From: Mytilus californianus
Taxonomy: Eukaryota
Assembly: GCF_021869535.1 (NCBI RefSeq)
Contig: NW_026262581.1
Coordinates: 16,058,001-16,122,000 of the forward strand
DNA: 64,000 nucleotides
Reading direction: 5' to 3'
Below are positions 1 through 12,900 of this stretch, piece after piece. Numbering within the stretch: the stretch's first letter is position 1; each line of letters opens with the position of its first letter. The translations under genes and the position numbers were made by a program. The notes under the pieces are model-generated. The model worked only from the letters and a program-made list of their open reading frames with translations. It was not told where the DNA came from and searched no databases.

Positions 1-635
1 CCCAATAGAAACAGTCTCAATCAAAGGCCTTACGGCTTATTTTTCAAACAAAAACTTTATATAGCCTTGAATGGTTCAATTTTATTGAGGAAAAAACAAA
101 TGAAATCCGGTTTTGACAGAACGTTTCATGTATTGTGATGTTATTACACATCAATAAAAGGAGGTGAGGTGTATATGTAGTGATAACCAAATAACTAAGA
201 AATGCAACATTCGATTTTCAGCAATATACGGGTGTCTTAAAAACAAGTCAAACTCTATTAAATAAACCCGAAAAAGAAGTATACATTTAACAGAGACTAT
301 CAAAGATCTTCGTATAATTTGTTTTCTCTTCTTGAGCAGATGAGTTAAATTATTTAAATTTCAATAATTTTGTTCAGTGGTCCGTGTTGGTAAGTAGTAG
401 GATGAGTAAACTTTCAGCAGAGAGATCGCGTGTTCAGTTTAGTCTAACGTCGCAGACCCATCACTTAGCTTGACCGCAGTTGAGTATATTTGATCGACAA
501 TATCTGTACAGTAGGAAGTATTTATGTCAACGCATCTAGTCTTATTCTTTAAATTATGCAGTTCACATTTTTTGCAGTCCATGGTTTTATAGCATATCTA
601 TTGAGATTTTTATAGGCAGACATATTTTTTGTTTT

Positions 636-1879
636 TTTTTATGGCCCCGCAACAAAGTTGTCAGGGCCATATAGTTTTACCCTTGTCCGTCAATCCGTCA
701 TTCCGTCATTCTGTCATTCCGTCATTCCGCAACAAACCATTATACGGACTTTTTTTCTAAACGAAAAATATCTTCAGATATTGGGCTGACTTTTGGTATG
801 TGAGTTAATATTGATGAGTTACAGATCAAGTTAAAGTTTTGTTCCGCTCTGCTAATTTTTGCCGAAATTACGGGCTTTGGACTTTCATAAATTGTTGAAA
901 ATCACAGTTATACGGACTTTTTATCTAAACGCCTTCAGATATTGGGCTGATTTTTGGTATGTGAGTTAACCATGATGAGTTACAGATCAAGTTAAAGTTT
1001 CGTTCCGCTCTGCTAATTTTTGCCGTAATTACGGGCTTTGAATTTGATAAATTGTTGAAAGTCACAGTTATACAGACTTTTTTTCTAAACACCTTTATAT
1101 ATTGGGGTGATTTTTGGTATGTGAGTTAACCATGATGAGTTACAGATCAAGTTTAAGTTTCGTTCCGCTCTGCTAATTTTTGCCGTAATTACGGGCTTTG
1201 AATTTGATAAATTGTTGAAAGTCACAGTTATACAGACTTTTTTTCTAAACACCTTTATATATTGGGGTGATTTTTGGTATGTGAGTTAACCATGATGAGT
1301 TACAGATCAAGTTTAAGTTTCGTTCCGCTCTGCTAATTTTTTGTCGAAATTACGGGCTTTGGACTTTGATAAATGGTTGAAAATCACAGTTATACGGGGT
1401 TTTTTTCTAAACACCTTCAGATATTGGGTTGATTTTTGATATGTGAGTTAACCATGATTTGTTACAGATCAAGTTTAAGTTTCGTTCTGCTCTGCTGATT
1501 TTTGCCGTAATTGTGGGTTTTGGACTTTGAAAATTGTTGAAAATCACAGTTATATGGACTTTTTTTCTATACGCCTTCAGGTTTTGCGCTGATTTTTGAT
1601 ATGTGAGTCTACCATGATGAGTTATAGATCAAGTTTATGTTTCGTTCCGATATGCTGATTTTCATGTCGTTTCAACACATCTTCAGTACATCCACTTCCT
1701 GTTTGCTGATAGTTTGAAATTTAACTACTCATTGATCAAGGAAATTTTTCATCAAACTAGTATTGGTCTTTAGAGCTGGATACTATCCATGCATGTTTGT
1801 GTCCTTATGTGTTGTTGAAATTGCAGATTTTAAAACTTTTTGAGACGGGGCCATTCGTGTCGTTCCGACACATCTAGTT
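636..1879 (+). mobile_element. Non-autonomous Helentron/DINE-1-like (HINE) element with an internal ~160-bp tandem array (~5.6 copies, 741-1660)
   Basis: Subterminal inverted repeat atggccccg (641-649) / cggggccat (1846-1854). (TCCGTCAT)n microsatellite at ~685-730. 3' hairpin gtgtcgttccgacac followed by atctagtt. T-rich 5' flank. Confidence 0.75.
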
Positions 1880-1922
1880 AGGGTTCTGTTTTAATAAAAG
1901 TTAAATATATATATCCTTACAG

Positions 1923-4900
1923 ATGCCATAGATGTAGTGGTACTGGTCGTGTTGTATGTGGCACATGTGACGGAACAACACAAGTCAAATGGTTTATACA
2001 GCTTACAATCACTTGGTAATCATGTAAACATGCCTTTTTATTTTTCAAAAAGCAACTTTCATTACGCTTTATTGTGTTTATCAATAAAAAAAGAGGACTT
2101 CATTATATTTAATTGTGTGAGAACGGTTTTGATTTATTGCACAACCAAAAATGACACCGAATCATATTAATTTACCATTGTTCAACCAACAGTCCGGATA
2201 TGGTTATAATCATTTCTATGTATGCAAATTTTGTAGTTTATTTTCACAAAACTCTTTATGTCCTACTGTCCCAAATACAGACAGCAGTCGTAAAAATAAT
2301 CTGATCCACTCAATACGTCATGTGGTGTGAAACAATTCTTTCGTGCCCTATTATTCAAAACTAAGGATATTAAATTCAATAATTTTTATATTTGCAGCGG
2401 TAGAATCGAAATGAAATTATACCTTAAGTTAATATTCATATAAGGTTTACTGTAGTTTGCTTTTATGATATGAATTGCAGTGTATTCGAAAATTAGCTCT
2501 AAAAACATATAAATTAAAAACGCATTGACGTTTTTGTTTTTGTTAAGATGTGTAACTACTTTAAAAATAGATCGGTTAACAGAACAGAACGGGCTACTTT
2601 TTTTCACTTGATGCATTTGTTTTAATTTTTATATTGTGACTTTAATATTTCAAAAGATTTACTTTGAAGTAATATATTGTCGGTTGATAACAATGTTGAG
2701 CTATGCAAAGTACATTTCAATTGTACAACTTAAATGCTTGAATGATTTAATTTGTAGATATCGGTTCAACTCATATTTTGGAAGATGAATTATATATTGT
2801 TATACTTCACTGCCAAAATAAAAATTTACATCTGGCTTCACTCTTGTTACTTTTTTAATTACTGTAAAGTTATGTACAGAAGGTTATAGCTTATTACTTT
2901 TTTATTTGAAAATTAGATACTGATAATATTCTTACATTGTAGGAAAGTATAAAATTTATTTGTACGAGTTTTAGAAACGAAACAGAGAGAAAAGCGATTT
3001 CTCCTGTTTCGTAGGAAGTACAAATACGGTACATTATATCTTTTCTACCACAATGTACAAATATTAATTGTTTCATCCTGCAATTTAATATCTAAGCTTA
3101 AACGTACAGATTTATTGTACTCCCCAACCGTTGGATTTGATTTTTTTTTTATATAAAATCAACATGACTTAAACGCGGATCGCAATGAGGACCCCAAATT
3201 GAACTATGGCGTTAACAGTAATTTGAATATTACCGCTCGCTCACAACAGAACCAGGAGACTTTAGTTTATCGCAGTAAAATAGAAAGGTCGATTGCAGGA
3301 TAAAATACAATAATGACAGAACATTCAGTATAATAAATTAGATAAAACATAGCCGAGAGGATGATAGAGCAGATTGTTGCATTTCGGAAAAAATATTGCC
3401 ACCCGATGATTTATAATGTCAAATATGAATTTTCAAGCACTCTGTCTGGTTGTCAGATACTACCCAAAATGCAAGTACGAGGAATCCTATATACATACAA
3501 CACTTCGGTTTATTCAGGGTTTGTCTGATTATTTATTATATATTCCAGGAAAAACAACTTGGGTCATCATATTGTAGAGAAAACAGACTTACCAGATGAG
3601 CTGATAAAAAATGTCGCTGGCACGTTAGGTTTTCAAGATACACAACCACGGGTATGATCACCGTTGTCCACTATTTGGTCCTTGAGAACGCCAAACAGAA
3701 AAGCATAAAACGTGTAATTTCACCATGTTATACTAGTAACTGTTTTATAAGTCAGCACTTTTCTGTTGTCCTGAAATATCATTGATATGTTCATTTCCTG
3801 TAAATTTACTGTTTTATAAAATGTTGAATTATTTGAAGCATAAAGATGTTTTACCCCAGGCATAGCTTGCCTTAGCTGTGTTTGGATCAACTTTGAAGTT
3901 AATTGCATTAAGACTTTGTATTTGATTTAGCATTCAAACTTTTTAGTTTCGAGCGCCACTGGTGTATTTTATGTATACGAAACTCACGTCTGGCGAACCA
4001 CATTATAAGTCTGGTCTCTTTGATGAGCTTTTAGAGCAAAAGTTTTCATTAAAAAAACACATTAAATTCTTTTCATAAGGAGTACAGACAAAGTTTGTTT
4101 ATAAATCAAAGTGTTTGTCTGGTATTTTTTTTTGTTGGTAAACTTGTCAAGTTTGTTACGATATTCTGCGTTGTATTAGATTGGTATTCTAAAATCAATC
4201 GCATGTTCTAAAAGTAAACAATTAAAAACATACATGTAAGTGAAAGATAGACTTACAAAACCGTGTACCAAATGAAAGAAAACAAATAGACAACCGTTAT
4301 TGTACAAACCACTTCACAGAAAACTAAATAGGAGCAGCTCGAATCCCATCAAAACTTTGAGTTAACACGTGTGCTCCGGAAGGGTAACCAGCTCATGCTT
4401 CACTAGAAGTTTTCGTTGTGTAACTAATGTCATATAGATACTCAGTCATCGGTGGAATTCAAATGCAATATTATTATATTTTAGATATGCTACATTTAGA
4501 GCAGAAAATTCCTAGAAAAGCAAGGATATTTGTTCGCACTATTCACTGTTTAGTCCGTTTTACTCCATTATGTCTTGTCTGTGCCTGTTGACACCATTGG
4601 ATAGATTTTTAGAACAATTTCATTTATCATTATTATTATGTAGGTTCTTCCGATTGCCATGTTTCCTGAACCAGAAATCAATCAAGCTTCTCATCGCTTA
4701 GTGAACGAGCACAGTCAGTTTCCAAATTGTAGAATTTTAATGCAGGTATAATGAGTTTTTTTTTTTTTGTATTAATTCAGGATTTCGTAAATACATCTTA
4801 CTTAAGTAAAAGATATATTAGAAGCTAGAAGCTGCAATGATTCTTTTTCTTATTTTATATATCTACCTTGAATGAAGGTCACCTTTTTGTTTGAGTACTC

Positions 4901-6613
4901 AATACAATTTTAATATAATTCTGAAGTTTATTTTACTTAATGAAAATAAAACTTTAAATGTCGTGCGTCCGAAGCTCTTTTCTGTATTTACCGTCACCAT
5001 GAACGCTCAAACCTGAACCAGGATTGTGTTGCGTAGAAACGTTACTAATCGCCTTTGTGATTTCTATGGAGAATATAATAAACGGTTTTATTTGACCTAC
5101 AGCAAAGAATAGCATTAGCTCACATGGTCGTTGTGGGTTGCCTTAAACAATAGACTTTTCATATTCCGAGGAAGTTGTCTCCGTTTTTTTTACCTTATAC
5201 ACACAAAACACTCAAAATGCTTGTCTTCAGAATATGAATTATATTTTTAACTATTAGATACCACTGAGTAGATTTTGTGGAATATATTGAACAAGCTTAT
5301 GCTTAAGAGAAGTGCCCAAGAATTGTGCAGGATTCATAAACAGACAGCCACATTCTGTTGGCATTTAGGACGTTGAATTTTATGAGAGTGCCCATGATCC
5401 CTGCAGGTTAAAAAATCATTGCAACAAACCTTTAAAACATACAGGGTAATAAGTTCCATTCCAACATATCATCTATTTTCATGCCGGTTTCAGAACCTGC
5501 CTGGCTTTATTGTTTATTTGATATTGTACTAAAGTTTTAAAACATTTACCACTGGACGTTATAGCAAACAATAATCATCAATCTTTTTAGGGACGGGGGT
5601 TAATAATCACATCTTAATTGATAAAGAAATGTAGGTATTCTAGGGTTACTACTTCGATGAACGTGTTTTATACATATTTTATATTTACAAGAGAAATTGA
5701 TGTCCTGATGCACAAAAAAAAACGTAATAAATGTCGGGAAAAAAAGTATAATAAAAATACCGAACGCCAAGGTAAATTCAAAAAAAGGGAATTCCATAAA
5801 ATCTGATAAAATAAAACGTTATCAACCAACGGAACGAGTGAAAATCAACTGTCATATTCCTGACTTGGTACAGGCATTTTCCGAAGAAACTGGTGGCTTA
5901 ACCCTGGTTTTATATCAACATTTGTAGCTAAACCTTCCAATTGAATTTTTTGCGGATACTTAAACCTGTTTTAGTTCGGCGCTTTCATTTTAAAGTGTCA
6001 GTGCTAAATCACGGCAATTACAGCCAATCCCAAAATGTTTTCATGCTTGGGGAATTTAGTTAGTTAAGTACATTTAGTTATTTTATATTCTGTAATATCA
6101 AGTGAAACTGGATTATTTCATATTCTGTAATATCAAGTGAGACTGGGTTATTTTATATTCTGTAATACCAAGTGAGACCGGGTTATTTTATATTCTGTAA
6201 TATCAAGTGACCGGATTATTTTATATTCTGTAATATCAAGCGAGACCGGGTTATTTTTTAATCTGTAATATCAAGTGAGACCGGGTTATTTTTTAATCTG
6301 TAATATCAAGCGAGACCGGGTTATTTTTTAATCTGTAATATCAAGTGAGACCGGGTTATTTTAAGTCGGTTACTAAATAATCCAGACTGTAACTGTTACA
6401 GAACTCCAAAAGTTCAAAAGAGCTATGTATCATTTTCAATACATGTTTTTTATTTTTGTATTTCAGAGGCACGTAATAAGGATGGTTCCAGTCACTCAGT
6501 GTGATTACAAATATAAAGACCAAACCCTCAATTATTTTGTATATGGCTTAGACTGTCAAGTGTATGCACCGACATATCCAGATCAGTGCTGTTGGGGGTG
6601 TACAATTCTGTGA
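1923..6613 (+). CDS. SSUH2: SSUH2-like protein, paralogue A (3' part only; 5' exons not found in the window). Exons 1923-2015, 3549-3651, 4644-4745, 6467-6613
   Basis: All four exons have AG/GT boundaries and consistent phases. Joined translation: CHRCSGTGRVVCGTCDGTTQVKWFIQLTITW-KNNLGHHIVEKTDLPDELIKNVAGTLGFQDTQPR-VLPIAMFPEPEINQASHRLVNEHSQFPNCRILMQ-RHVIRMVPVTQCDYKYKDQTLNYFVYGLDCQVYAPTYPDQCCWGCTIL*. The CxxCxGxG repeats and the C-terminal YP..CC.GC.I/L pattern match the SSUH2 family as I recall it. Exon sizes (93/103/102/147) mirror paralogue B (93/103/99/147). Confidence 0.9.
3945..4030 (+). repeat. Degenerate copy of the hammerhead-ribozyme-bearing dispersed repeat
   Basis: gcgcca CTGGTGT attttatgtatac GAAA ctcacgtc tggcg aligns to the intact copy at 49412-49455. 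Stem I is intact but the CUGAUGA core is mutated. Confidence 0.6.
4965..5006 (-). repeat. Degenerate hammerhead variant 2
   Basis: The minus strand reads gcgttc ATGGTGA cggtaaataca GAAA agagc TTC ggacgc. It is homologous to 34222-34262, with a mutated core. Confidence 0.5.
6078..6362 (+). repeat. 35-bp minisatellite (~8 copies) in the last intron of SSUH2-A
   Basis: Unit ttattttatattctgtaatatcaagtgagaccggg, with a 35-nt period (6078, 6113, ...). Confidence 0.9.
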
Positions 6614-6737
6614 TATTTTCAACCATGACTTTAAATGCAATATATAACTATTTTCTAAGATTATTTTATACAAACTGTTTATCTGTCATATATCTGTCAT
6701 ATATACTAATATATCTAAATGTGACGGTCACTGCATG

Positions 6738-6743
6738 AATAAA
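6738..6743 (+). promoter_or_regulatory. Candidate polyadenylation signal of SSUH2-A
   Basis: AATAAA 125 nt downstream of the stop codon. Other AATAAA hexamers follow. Confidence 0.4.
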
Positions 6744-7014
6744 ATAATAATTTAACAGTCTACTTCCATTTAGTCTTCTACATGTGTAGTACGGGAATTT
6801 TTATATTTATTTATTTTCTATAGCATAATAACCAATAAACAAATACATAAACTTAATGTTTTTGATATATATAACTCTAATTTATATTACGTCATCAGGG
6901 GTTCATAGAAGTATTTATGTCTAAATAATAAATATCATCTGAAAATCTATGTTGTTTATATCTATACTATTGAATTTAAAAAAAAAACTGTGGATTTATT
7001 TGGAAATACCCTTT

Positions 7015-7520
7015 TACAGGATACCACAGGAACATCTACGGTTTTAGAAACAAAATTCGTTATCAAAAGATTGACTTCAATTTCCCCTATGTGATATTTT
7101 ATTTTTTGATTAACAACATTCCATCAGCAATGCCTACATAAGGAGTAAATCTCCCAATTGATGAGAAATTTTAGTGTTTTCAGAAGGTTGCTGATGATAG
7201 AAAATCTACTCAACCAGGCGGCGCCTGGGGTTTAAATAGTATTGATGAATTCACCTGTTAAACTCGGTTGACCTTTAAAGAAAATCTGCGTCAAAGAAGA
7301 CCTTGAATGGAATGGTCCAATCTGTCGGAACTACAAACCCATACTCCTTTCCTTGTTTATGAAAATATACTGAATTTGTCATATCACCCTAGTAACTTCA
7401 GACGAGTACACAAAAGTTGCCACTGGTGAAGTAGGCACTAACTTGCCCTCCCGAAATATTGTTTTCATCCCTGATTTTGTGTAGGGTTCGTGTTGTTCTT
7501 TCTTTAGTTTGTGTGTCATG
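7015..7520 (+). pseudogene. Decayed Penelope-like retroelement RT fragment with downstream pLTR-like repeat
   Basis: A frameshifted translation gives DTT... and DFNFPYVIFYFLINNIPSA..GV..SQL, which resembles the 'DDFNFPIVNFPFLxSNIPxxPAYGVYISQL' motif I recall from PLE RTs. It is followed by a dispersed-repeat segment also seen at ~4270-4430, ~32040-32235 and ~43470-43650. Confidence 0.55.
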
Positions 7521-8175
7521 GTGTTGTCTGTACTTCAGTTGATTTTGATTACCCCTCCCTCCGGCTCACAAACTCAATCGCCCCTCTTACAAACGTTAAC
7601 ATCGCCTTACTTCTTGTTTGCTTTCGACCTACCCCTTTTCATTCATACCAGAAAACATAATGTCCCTCTACTATCGAGGATTGGGTATAAACAGTAATAC
7701 TTATAACTCAATAATATTGTAAACTACAAAACACAGCTACAAATAAAAAATAATACTGTATTAACGAATGTTTGCAGTAACAGAAATGAAGTTTTATGCA
7801 CATTTATTTAAAACATCCTAAATAATCATGCCTTTTTACATTTTAAAATCGGCCACTGAACTACAAAGAAGACTTCTTACACCAATGCCACGCACAAAAA
7901 CATAAAGACGATAGTTTTTGATTGCCAAAAACATGTGTGTATAGAATTGCAATGCAGAGAAGAGAGTAAAATTGAGAAATGGAAAAATCTCACTGCTAAT
8001 CGAACATAACAACAAAATATGTATACTTCTTCGATCTATTATTATAAGTAACTATGATCGAGGGAAATGGTGATGGGTAGGCTTGTAATTGGCATTGACC
8101 TAGCTTTCAGTAACTGAGAATACTCTAAGATCGTTACTTTGTGCATGTCCTATATATCTTTATGTTATATAAAAT

Positions 8176-8365
8176 AAGAAGATGTGGCATGATTGCCAAT
8201 GAGACAACTCTCCACCAGAGACCAAAGGACAATCAAGTTAACAACTAAAGGTCAACGTACGGCCTTCAACAATTAGCAAAACCCATACTTTATAGTAAGC
8301 TATAAAAGGCCCGAAATGACAAATGTAAAATAATTCAAACGAAAAAACTAACGGTCTGATTTATG
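8176..8365 (+). repeat. Abundant dispersed repeat (aagaagatgtggtatgattgccaatgagacaactctcca family). Other copies at ~14145, ~15000-15400, ~20390-20620, ~31275-31540 (-), ~37266-37680, ~53390-53490 (-), ~57890-57935
   Basis: The same 40-200 bp motif is visible at eight or more positions, in both orientations. Confidence 0.85.
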
Positions 8366-9789
8366 TTATGTTTAATTCTTTTTCGTGCCTCGTGTCAGTC
8401 TGACGAGTCAGTTCTTCATATGTTATTGCTGTTACACCACTGCCCCGGGTTATGAAGGAGGTGTTTTATGTACTTTCTGAACAGCGAGATGAAAATGGGG
8501 GCTGATTTACCCAATTCCTATAAATTTGACATTCTTTAAGAATAATTATAATTAATATTTATTAATCTAATTTTGATAATTCAGCTTGTTATCATGGTGA
8601 ACATAAGTCACTAATGGATTAAAACATGTCACTCGATATCAAAACCGATAAAAATTCAAAGTAACACATTCAAATAGTTTAATCAAAAGCACTGGGTAAA
8701 AACTGCAAAAAGAAATCAAAATATAAAAAACAGAAATACGAATGTATTTATTAAGTCATAAGCAAATTTTACTTGGTCATATTAAAATAAAAGTTTTGAG
8801 CAACAGTATTTTTTTCATATGTTATAGACTAAACAAACTACATAGCTACAACAAAAAGGTTTTCAGAAGAATTATAGTAATAAAACTTTTTTTTCATTTC
8901 AATAAAACAAAATGTAGAATTTCAGACCTCTGGCTTTTCCGAACATCATTGTATTTACATTTTCCAATGGGTGGTCGAGAGGCTTGAGGACATAACAAAT
9001 TAAAAGTTAACAAATACGGAAGATACTACATTCATTTATTGTTTTAAACATAGCGTTTTAGTCAAGACAACTATTTATTCATAAAAGAAATTTGAATTTG
9101 TGAAAAGTATAGAAGTTAAAGGTAAAATTAAGATATATAGGTTTGTCTTCGCCTTCTACTCCAAAGCAAAAAAATAATATAACTTCAGAAAAAAAGAATA
9201 AATCCAGACAACAACCGAATGGTTATTATATTGCGTCTCGTGATCATTTATTTTGCAATAGGGAAGGCCTTATATCTTAATAAATTTTATACTTCGCCAC
9301 GGTCTATAACGGGTAAAGTTTTTCTATAAAACAAAATAGTAAAAATTAATCCAATAATATGTGAACTATCTTCCAGTACAATTGGCGCAGTTGTAAATTT
9401 TATTTTCTTATTTTTAAAACTTCGGATTTCCAAAATGCTGGTAATCGGACAATTGATCTGATAAAAAATTATTGCACTTGTTCACTTGTTGTCGGAAAAC
9501 TCTAAACTATGTTCAAACTTTCGGTAAAACGGAAAAGGAATTGATGTGGTCATTAATTTTGCCTCAGAAAAGTACCTGGAGAAATGTATCTATTAAATTG
9601 TTTCCCTTGACGATGTGATCCAATTTTTCTGCTACAGTTTTTAAACATTCAATACACGTACAATTAAATCTTACAGTGATAGTAGTAACATTAAATGAAC
9701 CTAATAAGCCGTATGTATGTCATTGAAAATTACCAAACCCAAAGGTATTTAAGTAATTGAAGAAATTACTAAAGGTTACCTGTATTGGC

Positions 9790-9856
9790 CGGTCAGAAAT
9801 TAAAAACCTTTGCACACGGCACACTCACTCTGACCAGTGGTCTAAATTTCTGACCG
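9790..9856 (+). promoter_or_regulatory. Putative SSUH2-B proximal promoter motifs: 12-bp inverted repeat enclosing an MRE-like site
   Basis: cggtcagaaatt (9790-9801) / aatttctgaccg (9845-9856). TGCACACGGCAC at 9811-9822 matches the MRE consensus TGCRCNCGGC. The cluster lies about 95-160 bp upstream of the proposed ATG. Confidence 0.35.
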
Positions 9857-9950
9857 TTGATTACTATTGATTCGTTGAAAACAAACAGAAATATAATTGT
9901 TGGTTTCCAACTGTAATGTATAAATCATTTTGACGAACCAGAACTACAAA

Positions 9951-9964
9951 ATGGCACAAATAGG
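9951..9964 (+). CDS. SSUH2: SSUH2-B putative first coding exon (MAQIG)
   Basis: Context caaaATGG and donor GG|gtaagc. The phase-2 end matches the phase-2 start of exon 11096. Confidence 0.6.
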
Positions 9965-12900
9965 GTAAGCCATGTTTATCATTCATCCTATATTTTTATA
10001 GTAGCATATATTAAAACTTTCCACGAGGTAATACCTGCTCTAATGATTTGTTTGTATTATAAATAATTGATGCATGTAAACCTATATGTACTTACTTATG
10101 TATGGTAGGAATTTATAACGTCCATGTTTATACATTTAAAAACTTTTGTTGTTTTTTTTTAGGGGGGGCGGTATTCAGCAAACTAAAAATATTGGGAATA
10201 TTTATTTTCTAAACCTTGGCTAGACGAAAAAGGTTTATTTGATTTAAAAATTATGTCCAGTGATATTGTCAACATATATTTGTCCGGCTCACAGAAGTTC
10301 CCGTGGAGACTGAATTATAAACAATGCTATAAAATCAGTGTCTGTCGGAACGAAAGATTCTATTTTCTGTATTCCGTTAGGAACAGATACTGTAATATTT
10401 CTTCCATTTTGATCTTCTATTTATATAGGCACTTCATTTCCAAGAGCTGCCATATGCAATATTTTATTCAAAATAGCAAAATATTATATGGATATTACTG
10501 CTGATTTCAGATTTTAGATAAAGTTTTTTGCCATAAATATTTACAGATTAAAACAAATTTTACCTTTGCTGACTTACTTTTGACATTAAGTCATTAAACC
10601 ATTGTCTGCTCCCCTGGTAGATATTGAGCCGGAATTTTGGTTGATACTTGAGAGTTATATTGAAATTTTAGATTAAAAATAAAAGACATGTTGACCTACA
10701 TTTGATCTAATTGTGACTACTGGACCATGAAACTTAAGAAAATAGTTTTTTATCCAAATTTAAGGATATTGTGCGGATATATGTGTTTTTTGTTTGTTTG
10801 TGTCATTTTAAAACAGTTACTGTAACAAATGTCTTTTGTTTTGTTTCAGTTGAAAAACATTTTGAAAATCTTGTTTCCAATCTTAATATTTCAAAATCGG
10901 ATGAATAGGGTAGATCTTGTAGATATAATACTTTAAAACATTTTTTTTTTAACTTTGACGGGTTGAAACAAACCTAAAACATTGGGTGATTACAAGATAA
11001 AAGACTCGACCTTCTTGGACCTTATAGTTTCTTTTATGTTTTCTTTTTAAGCAAATACATGCAAGCGTCTATTTATACTTTCCATTTTTTTGCAGACCTG
11101 GTGCAGGCGGTCCAGATTCTGTCGACAAAAATGATCCAGGTTAGTTCATGGAAATATTATGTGTTATATGTATCACATATTGGTTTCTTATTTTCATTTA
11201 CAGATATATATATTCACATTACTTAGCACCACCATTAAAATTGTTGACCAACCGTGCTTTATAGAATAAAAAAAATGCTGAAACTGTTTACCTTAGCAAA
11301 GCTCCTTTTAACAAGGTAACTATTACCACTCTGTGTCCAAAAACAATATTGATGTAACATTATGCATAAACTAATGAATCAAGTTTGCAAGATCGGTAGC
11401 TGTTTGCTTTTTTAAAAACAAACACACATTTCAATGTGGGCACTATCTTTCTAAGAGCATGCACATGATAATGCAATAAATACGGATATACTTATATCCA
11501 GATGCAACGTTATATAAATGGCAAGCCCAAAGGAAGATGTATGATACGAGCCATTTACTTAGCACTAAAATTGCAAAATGAAGTTATTTAGGCATTTTTT
11601 GCAGTTTTGCAGTATCTAAAATTCAAGAAGTTCAAAGCCTGAATGCAAATACTTGCATTTTTAATAAAACGGTGATAACATTTCGATAAGAAAAGACCAA
11701 TGATGAAGATAGGTTCGTTCAGGCAAAATCATAGGGTCCACCATACATTAATGTTAAATGATGGTTGTTCTTTTGTCTCTCTTGTGGCAGTATGGAGACT
11801 GGATATTTGAAAGATATGCTCTTCTATATGATATAACTCACTTGTATTTGTTTTTGAGTTTTACTTGGCATTAAAACTTTCTGTATTTCAATTGTCTTTA
11901 TGAAGTACGGTTATGTTGAGGAATGTGTGTTTATTTTAGCTTAAACTTCATTCTGATTGGTCATATTGCGATGCTTAGACTTGTTGAACAGAGCTCATGT
12001 CAAGCACACATGTTTTCAAAGTCTTTAACTTAGCTGTGTTTACACAACAAATTTCGACATGCATCTTTAATTTTGCTGTAAAAACGACCCTTTAGCATCT
12101 CTAATGAAAGTATTTTGAAGAGTTTTATTTTTAGAACACCAACACAACTATAATTGCCTTATATTAATAAACAACCAAAAGAAATCTAAGGACCCGAATC
12201 TGATCGTCAAAATCATACACAGACACATTTATTTTCATACAAATGTGAAGATTTTTTTACACGTGACGTCTGTTAACTTTTACAAAAATCTTCTCCTCTG
12301 AAACTACTGGGTCAAATTTAACCAAACTTGGTCACAATCATCATTGGGGTATCTAGTTTAAAAAATGTGTCCGGTGATCCGGTCAATCAACCAAGATGGC
12401 CGCCATGGCTAAAAATAGAACATAGGGGTAAAATGTAGATTTTGGCTTATATCTCTGAAACCAAAGTATTTCGAGCAACTCTGACATGGGGTAAAATTGT
12501 TTATCAGGTCAAGATCTATCTGCCCTGAAATTTTCAGATGAATCTGACAACCCGTTGTTGGGTTGCTGCCCCTGAATTGGTAATTTTAAGGAAATTTTGC
12601 CGTTTTTGGTTATTATCTTGAATATTATTATAGATAGAGATAAACTGTAAACAGCAATAATGTTCAGCAGAGTAAGATCTACAATTAAGTCAAACTTGAC
12701 CAAAATGGTCAGTTGACCCCTTAAGGAGTTATTGCCTTTTATAATCAATTTTAACCATTTTTCGTAAATTTTTGTAATCTTTTACAAAAATTTTCTCCTC
12801 TGAAACAACTGAGACAAATTTAACCAAACTTGTCCACAATCATCATTAGGGTATATAGTTTAAAAAATGTGTCCGATGACCCCGCCCGCGAACCAAGATG

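Noticed and set aside
120-163. Preceding SSUH2-A exon ending AAA AGG AG|gtgag
   Set aside because: The phase fits, but the translation (NVSCIVMLLHINKRR) lacks the expected CxxCxGxG motif.
379-390. 12-nt micro-exon tggtccgtgttg|gtaagt for SSUH2-A
   Set aside because: Joining it to exon 1923 creates TGA.
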